64,000 nt of DNA from Macrostomum lignano (lineage: Eukaryota), in contig NIVC01001987.1 in the NCBI GenBank assembly GCA_002269645.1, forward strand, positions 68,463 through 132,462. Direction: 5' to 3'. Made by a program: the position numbers and the translations under genes. The notes beneath the pieces were generated by a model. That model was not told where the DNA came from. It saw only the letters and a list, made by a program, of their open reading frames with translations, and did not search any database. This document shows positions 13,101 through 24,299 of this stretch, one piece after another; the first letter of the stretch is position 1, and the number at the start of each line of letters is the position of its first letter.

Positions 13101-13481
13101 TAGCAGTTTGGGGAACAAGAGTTGCATTGTGCTAAAGGGATTATTTTGGCTCTAAAATACATTATTGACACCCAAGCCACTAATAATATGCCAATAAATT
13201 TTAGGCCATTACGAGATTGAAAAATTGACTTTAAAATGCTTATTGAATAAAAAGCAGAGATACATTCTATGATAGTAACAGTTATAGTAAGTCATCAATT
13301 TTTGCCAGGGCAATTGCAGCAGAATTTGTGTTCAAAAGTTTTTAATTTACAAATAAAAATTTTATTTTAGTTACAATGTTGCCACTTTGTTTTAGTTAAA
13401 AAAGAAGTTTATGATTATGAAAAAGAGGATAAAATTAATTTACAATGGTGTTAAACATGTAAACAGGATATTACCTTGCAT
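7128..13481 (-). CDS. AGO: Argonaute, AGO (miRNA/siRNA) clade; exons 13481-13475, 13093-12628, 11824-11140, 10837-10625, 8995-8615, 8437-7748, 7442-7128; 918 aa
   Basis: N domain ([26 protein letters not shown]), L1/PAZ ([28 protein letters not shown]), MID ([26 protein letters not shown]) and PIWI ([47 protein letters not shown]). All introns GT-AG; total 2757 nt in frame. The 7-nt first coding exon is less certain; ATG 13127 is the alternative. Confidence 0.96.
8462..8610. repeat. 24-bp minisatellite filling most of an AGO intron, ~6 copies
   Basis: TATCAGCAGGCCTTGAGCATTAGT repeated between donor (8614) and acceptor (8438). Confidence 0.95.
9075..10168. repeat. 42-bp minisatellite, ~26 copies, in AGO intron
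   Basis: TCTGAGTCGCTGCATCAATGCTCTGAGCTCAAGCTTTGTGGT repeated; source of several spurious ORFs. Confidence 0.97.
10961..11130. repeat. 31-bp minisatellite, ~5.5 copies, in AGO intron
   Basis: GGAAACCCTTCACCCCAGTCYGYAGCGCAYA units at 10961, 10992, 11023 and onward. Confidence 0.9.
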
Positions 13482-14904
13482 ATGGTTTTAGTCATCATTT
13501 AATTTTTTGCTTAAATTTGCACTCATTTCAGCTGCAACACAATGCTAGATTTAGTTAAACCCAAAAATTTACACCAAAAATGGCCATCTTTTTCCAGGGT
13601 ATATACAGAGTATTCTGAACTATGGATATCACCTGAACTATGGGATGCATTACTTGGTACTATGGCCATGTAGTGGCTAGCCAAGTACTGGCTAATGGAC
13701 ACTTTGTTTAACTGTGATGCTAATTCTATATAATTTATAATTCATAAATAATTCACAATTCTAATATAATACTACATAATTCTATGAAGAATAATTTAAA
13801 CTGAGAGACTGCATTTACCATATTTCAGATTATGCTTAATACACACCCAAACAAAAAATGAATAATTATAAATATATGCCAAAAAAATTTTGAGTACACA
13901 CTCAGACTCTCAAATCTACACCAGTGTTGCAACAATAAATGACCTTTTGGGTTGCATAGGGGACCTTTTTGCCTAATAATTAGGTTTTTTTTGCTTTTTG
14001 CCTATACTATTTATAGCACAAAATCTATTTATACAAAAATTTGTTCAAATGCCTAATTACAAGCTTAAAAAACTGTAAAACTTGAAATTTATGCTTAAAA
14101 AATTTTTTTCTTTTTTCCATTTAACACTAACTCTTTGGCATGATTCTATAAGGTATATACTATGAGGGCTACTTATTAAGTTTGTAGAAAATCCCATTTC
14201 CCTTTGCCCAATTCTCACAAAATTTAACACAATACTTTCCCACATGTTCATAACAGCTATGCAAAATTTCAGCTTGATTGGCTAAAATGCTGCAATGCAG
14301 TGGCCAAAGAAGCAGTGAAACTCTGCAGGTTATGCTGAGTCTCACTGATCAAAATAGGTGAGTCGTAATCCATATACTAAAAATGGTCTGTCGGTATATG
14401 TGTGTGTGATCGATTTTAGCAAAAATGGCTCAACCGATTTTGTTCAAACTTGCACCATTCGATCAGAAATTTTTCCGTGACGGTACATGCATCGTGGCTA
14501 AGAAATTGCTCGATGCTAAAGGGATTAAATATTCGAAAAACATGCTTTTTTGCAAAGGTCAAGCAGCTATTTCGACTTGAAACGCACTGTAAAAATGCTA
14601 GAGAAAAAACTGACTGGTTGAATTCTGATTCTGAAATAGATTGCATCACAATACACTTTATTTATCGTCTGTGTACTGGCTGAATTTGACACTCAATTGA
14701 ATTGCGTCACAGCTTTGAGTGTGAAAGTATAGTGCAGTACTGAATTTATATTACGTAACCATATTGTTAGCTTTCATAGACACTGGTACTGACTTGCCTA
14801 AGAAATTGATTATGTCATAACTGCTTCGCGTGACTTTTTACTCTACCTGACTTGGTGTGAGTGTTGAATTATATAAGTGGTACAAATTCACTGATAACTT
14901 CGAT

Positions 14905-15010
14905 GAGAGCTAGCCTAGAGCTGAGCAGACCAGACTGCTAATGCAGCGACCTGGGTTCGAATCTAAGTAGTTTAAAAGTAGTAGTGTAAAATTTTTTATT
15001 AAAAGCTTTT
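14905..15010 (+). mobile_element. tRNA-derived SINE-like head plus short AT-rich body (copy 1)
   Basis: A-box-like TAGCCTAGAG, anticodon-loop-like GACTGCTAAT and B-box GGTTCGAATC; a diverged second copy is at 21917-22013. Confidence 0.5.
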
Positions 15011-15035
15011 ATTAAAGGACTAAATAAAAACACTT

Positions 15036-15352
15036 AGATTACTGCACTCGATAAGCTAAGGATTATTGCTCTTGGCAAACCAAGGAATACTGCACTCGAT
15101 AAGCCAAGGATTATTGCTATTAATAAACCAAGGATTACTGCACTCAATAAACCAAGGACTATTGCTATTAATAAACCAAGGATTACTGCACTCAATAAAC
15201 CAAGGACTATTGCTCTTGGCAAACCAAGGATTACTGCACTCGATAAGCCAAGGACTATTGCTCTTGGCAAACCAAGGATTACTGCACTCGATAAGCCATG
15301 GATTATTGCTATTAATAAACCAAGGATTACTGCACTCGATAAGCCAAGGATT
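15036..15352. repeat. 48-bp (2x24) satellite AAACCAAGGATTACTGCACTCGATAAGCCAAGGATTATTGCTATTAAT, array 1
   Basis: Direct periodicity; same unit as 20630-21680. Confidence 0.93.
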
Positions 15353-15374
15353 ATCTCTACCTATAAAAATCAAA

Positions 15375-15405
<31 letters not shown>

Positions 15406-15473
15406 CTGTGGACAAATTACTTCGCTATGGACTCCCAAACCGCTTAACCAAATCTCTACCTATAAAAATCAAA

Positions 15474-15504
<31 letters not shown>

Positions 15505-15551
15505 CTGTGGACAAATTACTTCGCTATGGACTCCCAAACCGCTTAACCAAA
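15353..15551 (+). mobile_element. 99-bp tandem duplication resembling the 5' end of a non-autonomous Helitron-type element
   Basis: a|TCTCTACCTATAAAAATC followed by a (CTGT)n microsatellite, units at 15353 and 15452. A TC start plus (CTGT)n is typical of invertebrate Helitron-derived repeats. No 3' hairpin/CTAG end was identified. Confidence 0.4.
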
Positions 15552-16689
15552 TGACACCAAACTTTACACCCACCCTAAACTTACTACGGAGAATGTCTTA
15601 GGCTACCTTTTAATTTCCTAGACTCAAGTCTTCCTACCTAAAAGTACAAAAAACTGCTCAAAATGCGCGATTTTTTCACTAAATCCTCCATAGCGCCGCT
15701 CCACTTCTACCGATTCTCTTCAAATTTGACACAGATAATCTTTAACTATTTTGGCACAATCGTGTAAAATTTCGAGTATCAAAGTTAATCCTGAGCGGTG
15801 CTGTGCGCTTTTAAAGTTAGGCTGTTTTTTCAGCGTAGCAACCACCCCAACCTCCGCCCGCCTGCCTCTCTTTCCCGATACCGATCTGGGCCCAGATGTG
15901 TAAAAGGGTTTCAAAATTGACTAACTTTCAGCTGCCATAAGTTTGCTCCACGCAAAGCGATTGACTTCAAACTTGACACAATTTTTCATTGACCCATTCT
16001 CTATCTAAATGTAAAGTTTCAACTCTGTAACTCAACCGAAAAAGAAACTGTAAGCATGTGAAGTTTGTCTGCTTTTTCTGTTGTTTGTGCCACTCACTCA
16101 CTCCACTCATTCCCCCCAGAGCCAGACGAAGGGTCAGGCGATAGGACTGAATGTACATAGCAAATGTACAGTGTTTTGGAATAACTTTATTTATAGCCTT
16201 CTCTGCACCCCGAGAGTGGAGAGGCTACGTTTAGCCATAACAGTTTAGTGAGAAATTCTAACCACTGCCCTCCCCACTGTATTGGCAAACTCTGCAGCAG
16301 TTTAACAGTGGATGGTAATTGGCAAATCGAGGGAATCCAGCATGGTTTGTAAAAGCGAAAGATTTATGAAAAGGCGATGCAAATGCAATGCAATACAACC
16401 CTACTAAATTAGTCACACCATGGAAATTTAAGGTTTCTCTTAAAGGTACTTTAAAATTTAAATGGCCTCCTAAGAAATGCGCATTTCCTTTGTTGTTAGA
16501 CTGATGCAGACTGCAGTGGAGCTAAAGATACACAAATTATTTTCAGGGCTTGCAAATTGGCAAGAAAGATGACATGATCAAAGCATGAGAACAGCCATGA
16601 GAGTACTACGTCCCACAAACTGGCTTTCCAAGCAGGAATGGGCAGACTTTTACCTCAAAGGCCAGAAAAGAATCCAGCTTATGGCTGAG

Positions 16690-17516
16690 GGGCAGTTGAG
16701 AGTGGGGAGAAGAAGGAATAGACTATTCGAAAAGAGAGGAGAGGTGAGAGAAGGAATAAGATAAAGATAAAAGATAATAGGAGAGATGAGGGAGTGAGAG
16801 GAGAGAGTAGAGAGGAGCGAGTAGAGAGGAGAGAGTAGAGTAGCGAGTGGAGAGAAGAGAGTAGAGGAGCGAGTAGAGAGGAGAGAGCAGAGAGCTGCAG
16901 ATGAGAGGAGAGCAGAGAGAAGAGCAGAGAGGAGTTAGTAAAGAGGAGAAGGGAGAGATGAGAGAGTAAATGAAAGAGAGAAGAGATAAGGTTGTACAGA
17001 TGAGAGAGGTGTAAGGAGAGATGAGAAATGAGAGATGAGAGATAAAGGAGGAGAGTGGAGAGAGAAGAGACGAGACAAGAGAGGGAGAGTATATAGAAGA
17101 GGGAAGAGAAGAGAATAGAAGAAAGGAGAAAGGAAAGTGAGGAGACAAAAGAGGTGAAAGAAAAGAGTACAGAGGACAGAATGAGAGAACACATAAGACA
17201 GTAAATATGACAGATGAAAGGGGGATGAGCTGAGAGCAGAGACGAAAATGAACAGACGAGAGATGGGAGAGTAGAGAGAACAGTAGAGAGATAAGAGAGA
17301 AGAGATTACAGAGACTAGAGGAGAGACAAAGGAAGAGAGAAGTGAGTGAGGCGAGAGGAGAGAAAAGAGGAAAATGGAGGGGAGAGAGTAGAGAGGAGAA
17401 AAAAGATGGGAGAGGAGAGATAAGAGAGAGTGGGAAGCAGAGAGAGGGGGGAAGCAGAGAGAGGGGGAAGCAGAGAGAGGGGGGAAGCAGAGAGAGGGGG
17501 GAAGCAGAGAGAGGAG
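16690..17516. repeat. Polypurine (GA-rich) low-complexity tract ending in GGGGGAAGCAGAGAGA units
   Basis: Almost pure A/G on the + strand. Confidence 0.9.
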
Positions 17517-19370
17517 AGGAGGCAGCTCTGGCAGCTGTCTACCTGCAGCGCCAACAAGCGGCTGTCGATGACGCCATTCAGGCTGTCTCTGCCGCTGGGC
17601 CCGATGCCAGAGGGCGCGTGGCCTGGTCCGCCATCAACGCTCTGACGGGACGAAAGCGGCGCAATCCGCTGAACCTGGCTGGTGACACGCCGGACGAGCG
17701 TAGGAACGAGCTGCGCGAGTTCTTCGCCGCCATCGTCAACGCGCCGCCACCCCGCTGCCAGACAGTCTGACGCTGCCGCCGGAGACGCCGCTGCCGGCAG
17801 AGGAGAGTTTCAGCGTAGCCCCAGTCAACGCAGCCGACGTTGTCAAGCTCGCCCAGCAGTCACCGGGCGGGAAAGCGCTGGGTCCGGACGAGGTGCCCAT
17901 CGAGGCGCTGCGCATCCCCTGTGTGGCCGCTGAGGTCGCCAGAGTGATGAACCGCGTGCTCTTCGGTGAGGCGGCGCCCAACGAATGGACCACGGCGCAC
18001 ATCGTCGCTGTTCCAAAGAAGCCGGGCACCACTAGGCTTGAAGACCATCGAGGCATCTGCCTTCAGTCCTGTGCAGCGAAGCTGTTCAACCGGATGCTGC
18101 TTTCGCGGTTGCAGCCCGTGCTGGATCCGTACCTGCGCCCAGAGCAGAACGGGTTCCGGCCCCATCGCGGCACAGTGGCGCAGATCCTGGCTCTTCGCCG
18201 AGTCATCGAGGAGGCGCGGATTCGTCAGTCGATCCTGATTCTAATCTTTATTGATTTCAAGAAGGCATTCGACTCGGTTGTCAGAGCCGTGCTTCCAATG
18301 GTGCTCCGCGCGTACAACGTGCCTGAGCAGCTGATCTCCGCCGTCATGGCGATGTACCGTGATACGACAGCTGCTGTGACAACACCGGACGGCCTATCGG
18401 ACTCCTTTGAGACATCCTCCGGAGTGCTTCAGGGAGATACGCTGGCGCCGTTTCTGTTCGTCCTGGTGCTTGACTGGGTGCTGCGGACTGCTCTTCCTAC
18501 CGACGACGACGGTTTTCTGCTGCAGCGACGCGTGGGTCGACGTCAACCGGAGAAGCGGCTCAGCGTGCTTGGCTACGCCGACGACCTCGCCCTGCTGTCC
18601 TCGACCGTCGAGGGCGCCCAACGGCAGCTGGACAGGCTGGTTGCCGTTGCGGCGAGTGTCGGCCTGGTGGTCAACACGCAGAAGACCGTTGTGCTCTGCG
18701 TGCCGGACGACATCGAGGCTGCAATATTTTGCCGAGGCGCTGACGGGCAGGCGACCGAACTCCCGCGATGTCAGCAGTTCGTCTACCTCGGCGGTCTGGT
18801 TCCAGACGCTCGCGAGGACCTGCGACGCCGCCGCGGGCTTGCCTGGGCTGCCTTTCGTTCTGTGAGGGCAGTCCTGCAGTCCGAGGCCCTACCGGACCGC
18901 CAGAGGGCGGCGCTGTTCCAGGCGGTAATCGAGACCGTCCTGCTGTACAACGCCGAGACCTGGACGCTGACGGACTCACTCGAACAGCAAGTCGATGCGG
19001 CGCACGCTGGTCTGCTGCGCGCCGCCTTCAACATCGGCGTCGAGCGAGTCACCAACGCGGCACTCTATCGCCGCGCTGGCCTGCCACGTCCAAGTGATCT
19101 ACTGCGCCGTCGGCGACTCCAGCTCGCAGGCCATCTCATCCGCGCCGAGTCGTACTGCCCACAGCCGGTGCAGGAGGTGCTGCTGCTCACGCTGCAGGCA
19201 CCCTACCGGCGAGGTCAAGCGCGAACTCGGCGTTATGTCGACTGTCTGCTGGCTGACGCCGGCGCCCCGGACACTGCCGGTGGCGCGGCCTTTGTTCGCG
19301 CCCAAGCCATGAAGCGCGCCCTGTGACGCTGACTTTTACCATCATGACAGCGTATTTTGTTGTTGTTGTT
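17517..19370 (+). mobile_element. 5'-truncated non-LTR retrotransposon (RTE-like) with RT domain; one +1 frameshift near 17750
   Basis: RT motifs KALGPDEV, QNGFRPHR, FIDFKKAFDSV, GVLQGDTLAPFLF, YADDL and FVYLG. RTE-type C-terminal motifs LLYNAETWTLT and RRRRLQLAGHLIR. Stop at 19326, short 3' UTR and (TTG)n tail at 19357-19370. No endonuclease domain seen. Confidence 0.9.
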
Positions 19371-20370
19371 AGAGAGAGGGGGGAAGCAGAGAGAGGGGGG
19401 AAGCAGAGAGAGTGGGGAAGCAGAGAGAGGGGGGAAGCAGAGAGAGAGGTGGGAAGCAGAGAGAGGGGGGAAGCAGAGAGAGGGGGGAAGCAGAGAGAGG
19501 GGGGAAGCAGAGAGAGGGGGAAGCAGAGAGAGGGGGGAAGCAGAGAGAGGGGGAAGCAGAGAGAGTGGGGAAGCAGAGAGAGGGGGGAAGCAGAGAGAGG
19601 GGGGAAGCAGAGAGAGGGGGGAAGCAGAGAGAGAGGGGGAAGCAGAGAGAGGGGGAAGCAGAGAGAGGGGGAAGCAGAGAGAGAGGGGGAAGCAGAGAGA
19701 GGGGGGAAGCAGAGATAGAGGGGGGAAGCAGAGAGAGGGGGGAAGCAGAGAGAGGGGGAAGCAGAGAGAGGGGGGAAGCAGAGAGAGAGGGGGAAGCAGA
19801 GAGAGGGGGGAAGCAGAGAGAGAGGGGGAAGCAGAGAGAGGGGGGAAGCAGAGAGAGGGGGGAAGCAGAGAGAGAGGGGGAAGCAGAGAGAGGGGGGAAG
19901 CAGAGAGAGAGGGGGAAGCAGAGAGAGGGGGGAAGCAGAGAGAGAGGGGGGAAGCAGAGAGAGAGGGGGGAAGCAGAGAGAGAGGGGGAAGCAGAGAGAG
20001 AGGGGGAAAGCAGAGAGAAATGAAAAGAGATAAAAGAGAAGAGAGAAGAGAAAGGAGAGATCAGAGAGCAAATAAAGACGAGAGAGAAGAGAGGTGAAGG
20101 AAAAGACGAGAGAATTGAGTGCGAGGAGAGGAAAGAGAAAATAAGAGAAAAGAAGAGAAAATAGATGAGATAATAGAGATGAAAAAGAAGAAAAATGAGG
20201 TAAGATACAAGAGAAGAGGGGAGAGAGGAGAGAGGAAAAAGAGAAGAGAGGAGAGGAGAGAGAGCAGAGAGGAGAGATGAGGGACGAGAGAGAAGAGAGG
20301 AAACAGAAGAGAAGATAGAAGTTTCAAAGGATCCAAGGGACGTAGGGAGAGTCAGAGGCAGAGGCCAGAG
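19371..20370. repeat. GGGGG(G)AAGCAGAGAGA(GA) satellite (19371-~20020) grading into a polypurine tract
   Basis: Direct periodicity of ~16-19 bp; same unit as at the left flank of the LINE. Confidence 0.93.
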
Positions 20371-20629
20371 TTTGCCAATACGAGCGTACATGTTTTAGAG
20401 TCAGACATACATTAATTGCCTATTTAAAGTAAAAAGCACCCCAGCTAACAATATCAATGTTTGCCTCGAATCCTAATTGTACGCGAATGTACTCCATTTT
20501 GTTTACCTCTATCCTACTAACTATTAACAAGTTTTTGTTTGAGTATGGGCTCAGATTTCAGAATACATGCAAAAATAGTTCCGGGGATTGGAATTCCCCG
20601 GGTTCAAATTCAGCGGGTTTCAACAGCTT

Positions 20630-21680
20630 GTTGCTATTAATAAACCAAGGATTACTGCACTCAATAAACCAAGGATTATTGCTATTAATAAACCAAGGAT
20701 TATGCACTTGGCAAACCAAGGATTACTGCACTCGATAAGCCAAGGATTATTGCTATTAATAAACCAAGGATTACTGCACTCAATAAACCAAGGACTATTG
20801 CTATTAATAAACCAAGGATTACTGCACTCAATAAACCAAGGACTATTGCTCTTGGCAAACCAAGGATTACTGCACTCGATAAGCCAAGGACTATTGCTCT
20901 TGGCAAACCAAGGATTACTGCACTCGATAAGCCATGGATTATTGCTATTAATAAACCAAGGATTACTGCACTCGATAAGCCAAGGATTATTGCTATTAAT
21001 AAACCAAGGATTACTGCACTCGATAAACCAAGGATTATTGCTATTAATAAACCAAGGATTATGCACTTGGCAAACCAAGGATTACTGCACTCGATAAGCC
21101 AAGGATTATTGCTATTAATAAACCAAGGATTACTGCACTCAATAAACCAAGGACTATTGCTCTTGGCAAACCAAGGATTACTGCACTTGATTAATCAAGG
21201 ATTATTGCTATTAATAAACCAAGGATTACTGCACTCGATAAGTCAAGGATTATTGCTATTAATAAACCAAGGATTACTGCACTCGATAAGCCAAGGATTA
21301 TTGCTATTAATAAACCAAGGATTACTGCACTCGATAAGGCATGGATTATTGCTATTAATAAACCAAGGATTACTGCACTCGATAAGCCAAGGATTATTGC
21401 TATTAATAAACCAAGGATTACTGCACTCGATAAGCCAAGGATTATTGCTATTAATAAACCATGAATTACTGCACTCGATAAGCCAAGGAATATTGCTATT
21501 AATAAACCAAGGATTACTGCACTCATAAGCCATGGATTATTGCTATTAATAAACCAAGGATTACTTACTGCACTTGGCAAACCAAGAATTACTGCACTCG
21601 ATAAGCCATGGATTATTGCTATTAATAAACCAAGGATTACTGCACTCGATAGCCAAGGATTACTGCGCTTGATAAGCTTG
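20630..21680. repeat. 48-bp (2x24) satellite, array 2
   Basis: Same unit as 15036-15352. Confidence 0.95.
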
Positions 21681-21916
21681 GCTACATGTATAGGATTATT
21701 TCTATCCAGGGATGCTTGCTATTTAGGGATTCTTGCTATGTGCAGGATGCTTGCTATCTGGAAGGATGCTTCTACATTATTTGGGGTATGCTTGCTATCT
21801 GCAAGATGCTTGCTATCTGGGTGGATGCTTGGTAGGAGTATTAGGGGATGCTTGCTACTGGGGGGATGCTTGCTGTCTTGGGAATATTTTCTATTTAGGG
21901 GTAATGACTAAAATTC

Positions 21917-22013
21917 ATGAGAGCTAGCCTAGAGGTAAACAGACTAAACTGCTAAATGCAGGGACGATGGTTCGAATTTTTAGAGAGTAGAGTTTTTTTA
22001 ATTAAAGCTTTTT
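21917..22013 (+). mobile_element. tRNA-derived SINE-like head plus short body (copy 2)
   Basis: ATGAGAGCTAGCCTAGAGG...ACTGCTAAATGCAG...GGTTCGAAT...ATTAAAGCTTTTT aligns by eye with 14905-15010. Confidence 0.5.
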
Positions 22014-22029
22014 AACGCCAAGACAAAAA

Positions 22030-23000
22030 AAAAATTATGGAAGCGTCATGTAAACAATCATAGAAGCGTCATGTAAAAATCATAGAAGCGTCATGTAAAA
22101 ATCATAGAAGCGTCATGTAAAAATCATAGAAGCGTCATGTAAACAATCATAGAAGCGTCATGTAAACAATCATAGAAGCGTCATGTTAAAATCATAAAAG
22201 CGTCATGTAAACAATCATACAAGCGTCATGTAAACAATCATAGAAGCGTCATGTAAAAAAATCATAGAAGCGTCATGTTAAAATCATAAAAGCGTCATAA
22301 AAAAATCATAGAAGCGTCATGCAAACAATCATAGAAGCGTCATGTTAAAATCATACAAGCGTCATGTAAACAATCATACAAGCGTCATGTAAACAATCAT
22401 AGAAGCGTCATGTAAAAAATCATAGAAGCGTCATGTTAAAATCATAAAAGCGTCATAAAAAATCATAGAAGCGTCATGTAAACAATCATACAAGCGTCAT
22501 GTAAACAATCATAGAAGCGTCATGTAAAAATCATAGAAGCGTCATGTAAACAATCATAGAAGCGTCATGTAAAAATCATAGAAGCGTCATGTAAACAATC
22601 ATAGAAGCGTCATGTAAACAATCATAGAAGCGTCATGTAAACAATCATAGAAGCGTCATGTAAACAATCATAGAAGCGTCATGTAAAAAATCATAGAAGC
22701 GTCATGTAAAAATCATAGAAGCGTCATGTAAAAATCATAGAAGCGTCATGAAAAAATCATAGAAGCGTCATGTAAAAATCATAGAAGCGTCATGTAAAAA
22801 TCATAGAAGCGTCATGTAAAAAATCATAGAAGCGTCATGTAAACAATCATACAAGCGTCATGTAAACAATCATAGAAGCGTCATGTAAACAATCATACAA
22901 GCGTCATGTAAACAAGCATAGAAGCGTCATGTTAACATAGAAGCGTCATGAAAAAATCATAGAAGCCTCATATAAAAACTAATGAAAGTGTGTCATTTAA
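22030..23000. repeat. 22-23-bp minisatellite AAA(C/A)AATCATAGAAGCGTCATGT, ~40 copies
   Basis: Direct periodicity. Confidence 0.96.
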
Positions 23001-23911
23001 AAAATTAAGAAGCATCATGGAAGAATAAAAGAAGCGTAACGTAAAAATCAAAAGAAGCGTCATGTCAGACATGAAACAAGTGTCATAAAAATTAAATGAA
23101 GCTATAGTGCTGTGCTGGGGAGAATCACTGAGACGTCAAGGCTCACAGAGAATAACTGAGATTACAGGGGGGTTTCTGAGATGTTAAAGCAAAAGTCAGA
23201 AGCTACTTCAAAGTACATGTACTTTACTTAAGTTTTTTTATTGCATTCTTTGTTGGCTTGCCACGGTGGGGGGGGCGCTGATAGAAGAAGAGTCATGTAA
23301 AAATAAAAGGAGCACTATGTATACATAAAATAAAAGTCATGTCAAAGTTAAAAGATTCATTTGGGAATTGCTACGATGTCAAAGCTTGGAGGGAATCGTT
23401 ATAGTGCTGTGATTCTTAAAGAAGGAATCACTTAATGCCAAGGCTTAGGGAAGAAGAATTGCTGTGATTTCAAGGCTTTAGGTTGGGTGAAAGTTAGGTT
23501 TACGTCAGGTTTGGGTTGAGGGTTAGATTTTAGCGCGTTTCAAGGTTAACAGGGGATTTTTTAGATTTCAAGGTTTATGGGGGCATCGCTGACATGTCAA
23601 GGCTTACGAGGGGAATCTATCTATCTATCTATCTATAGCTGAGATGTCAAGGCTCACGGGGAATAAATGAGATGTCAAGGCTAATGTCAGAAGCTACATG
23701 TAGTTTATTGGAAAAAAGTTATTACATTATTTGTTGGCTCCTCACGGGAGGGATCGCTGATAGAAAAAGCGTAATGTAAAAAAAAGAAGCTTCATGTCGA
23801 AGTTAAGAGATTCATTTGGGAATCCCTACGATGTCGAGGCTTGCAGGGAATCGCTATAATGCTGTAGTAGTGCTATAGACTCTTAGAGAGAATTACTGAA
23901 ATTTCAATGCT

Positions 23912-23951
23912 TTAGGGTTAGGGTTAGGGTTAGGGTTAGGGTTAGGGTTAG
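23912..23951 (+). repeat. Interstitial telomeric repeat (TTAGGG)6 + TTAG
   Basis: Six perfect TTAGGG units. Confidence 0.9.
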
Positions 23952-24299
23952 AAAGTAGACAGATTTTTTAAGATTTCAAGGCTTATGGGAGCATCGCTGA
24001 GATGTCAAGGGGGGAGTTGATATGTTAAGGCTTGTGGGGGGGGGATTGCTGACATGTCAAGGCTTACAAGGGTACTGGTAGCGTACTGAAGCATACTGGT
24101 AGAAGTAGCTCTGAAAGAAGGCAAGTATGGTTGAATTTCAATGTCTGTTATAAAATTCTGCACAAACATGTTTTATTGGTACATAAGCCTGGAATTAAAA
24201 TGAGAATTCGATTCCTAGCCCCCCTCCCTAAGAATTTTTTTTCATTTTAAAGGATTCGTCCCTTGCTTATTGGCCACCCCGAAGGGGGGCGCTAGATTG

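Noticed and set aside
7128-19370. AGO next to a retrotransposon as a linked defence system
   Set aside because: This is a miRNA-class eukaryotic AGO and the LINE is a truncated insertion ~4 kb upstream; no evidence of functional linkage
16679-20391. Ser/Leu-rich and Glu/Arg-rich ORFs, including the N-terminal part of 17342..17770
   Set aside because: Polypurine low-complexity sequence; only 17517 onward is LINE-derived
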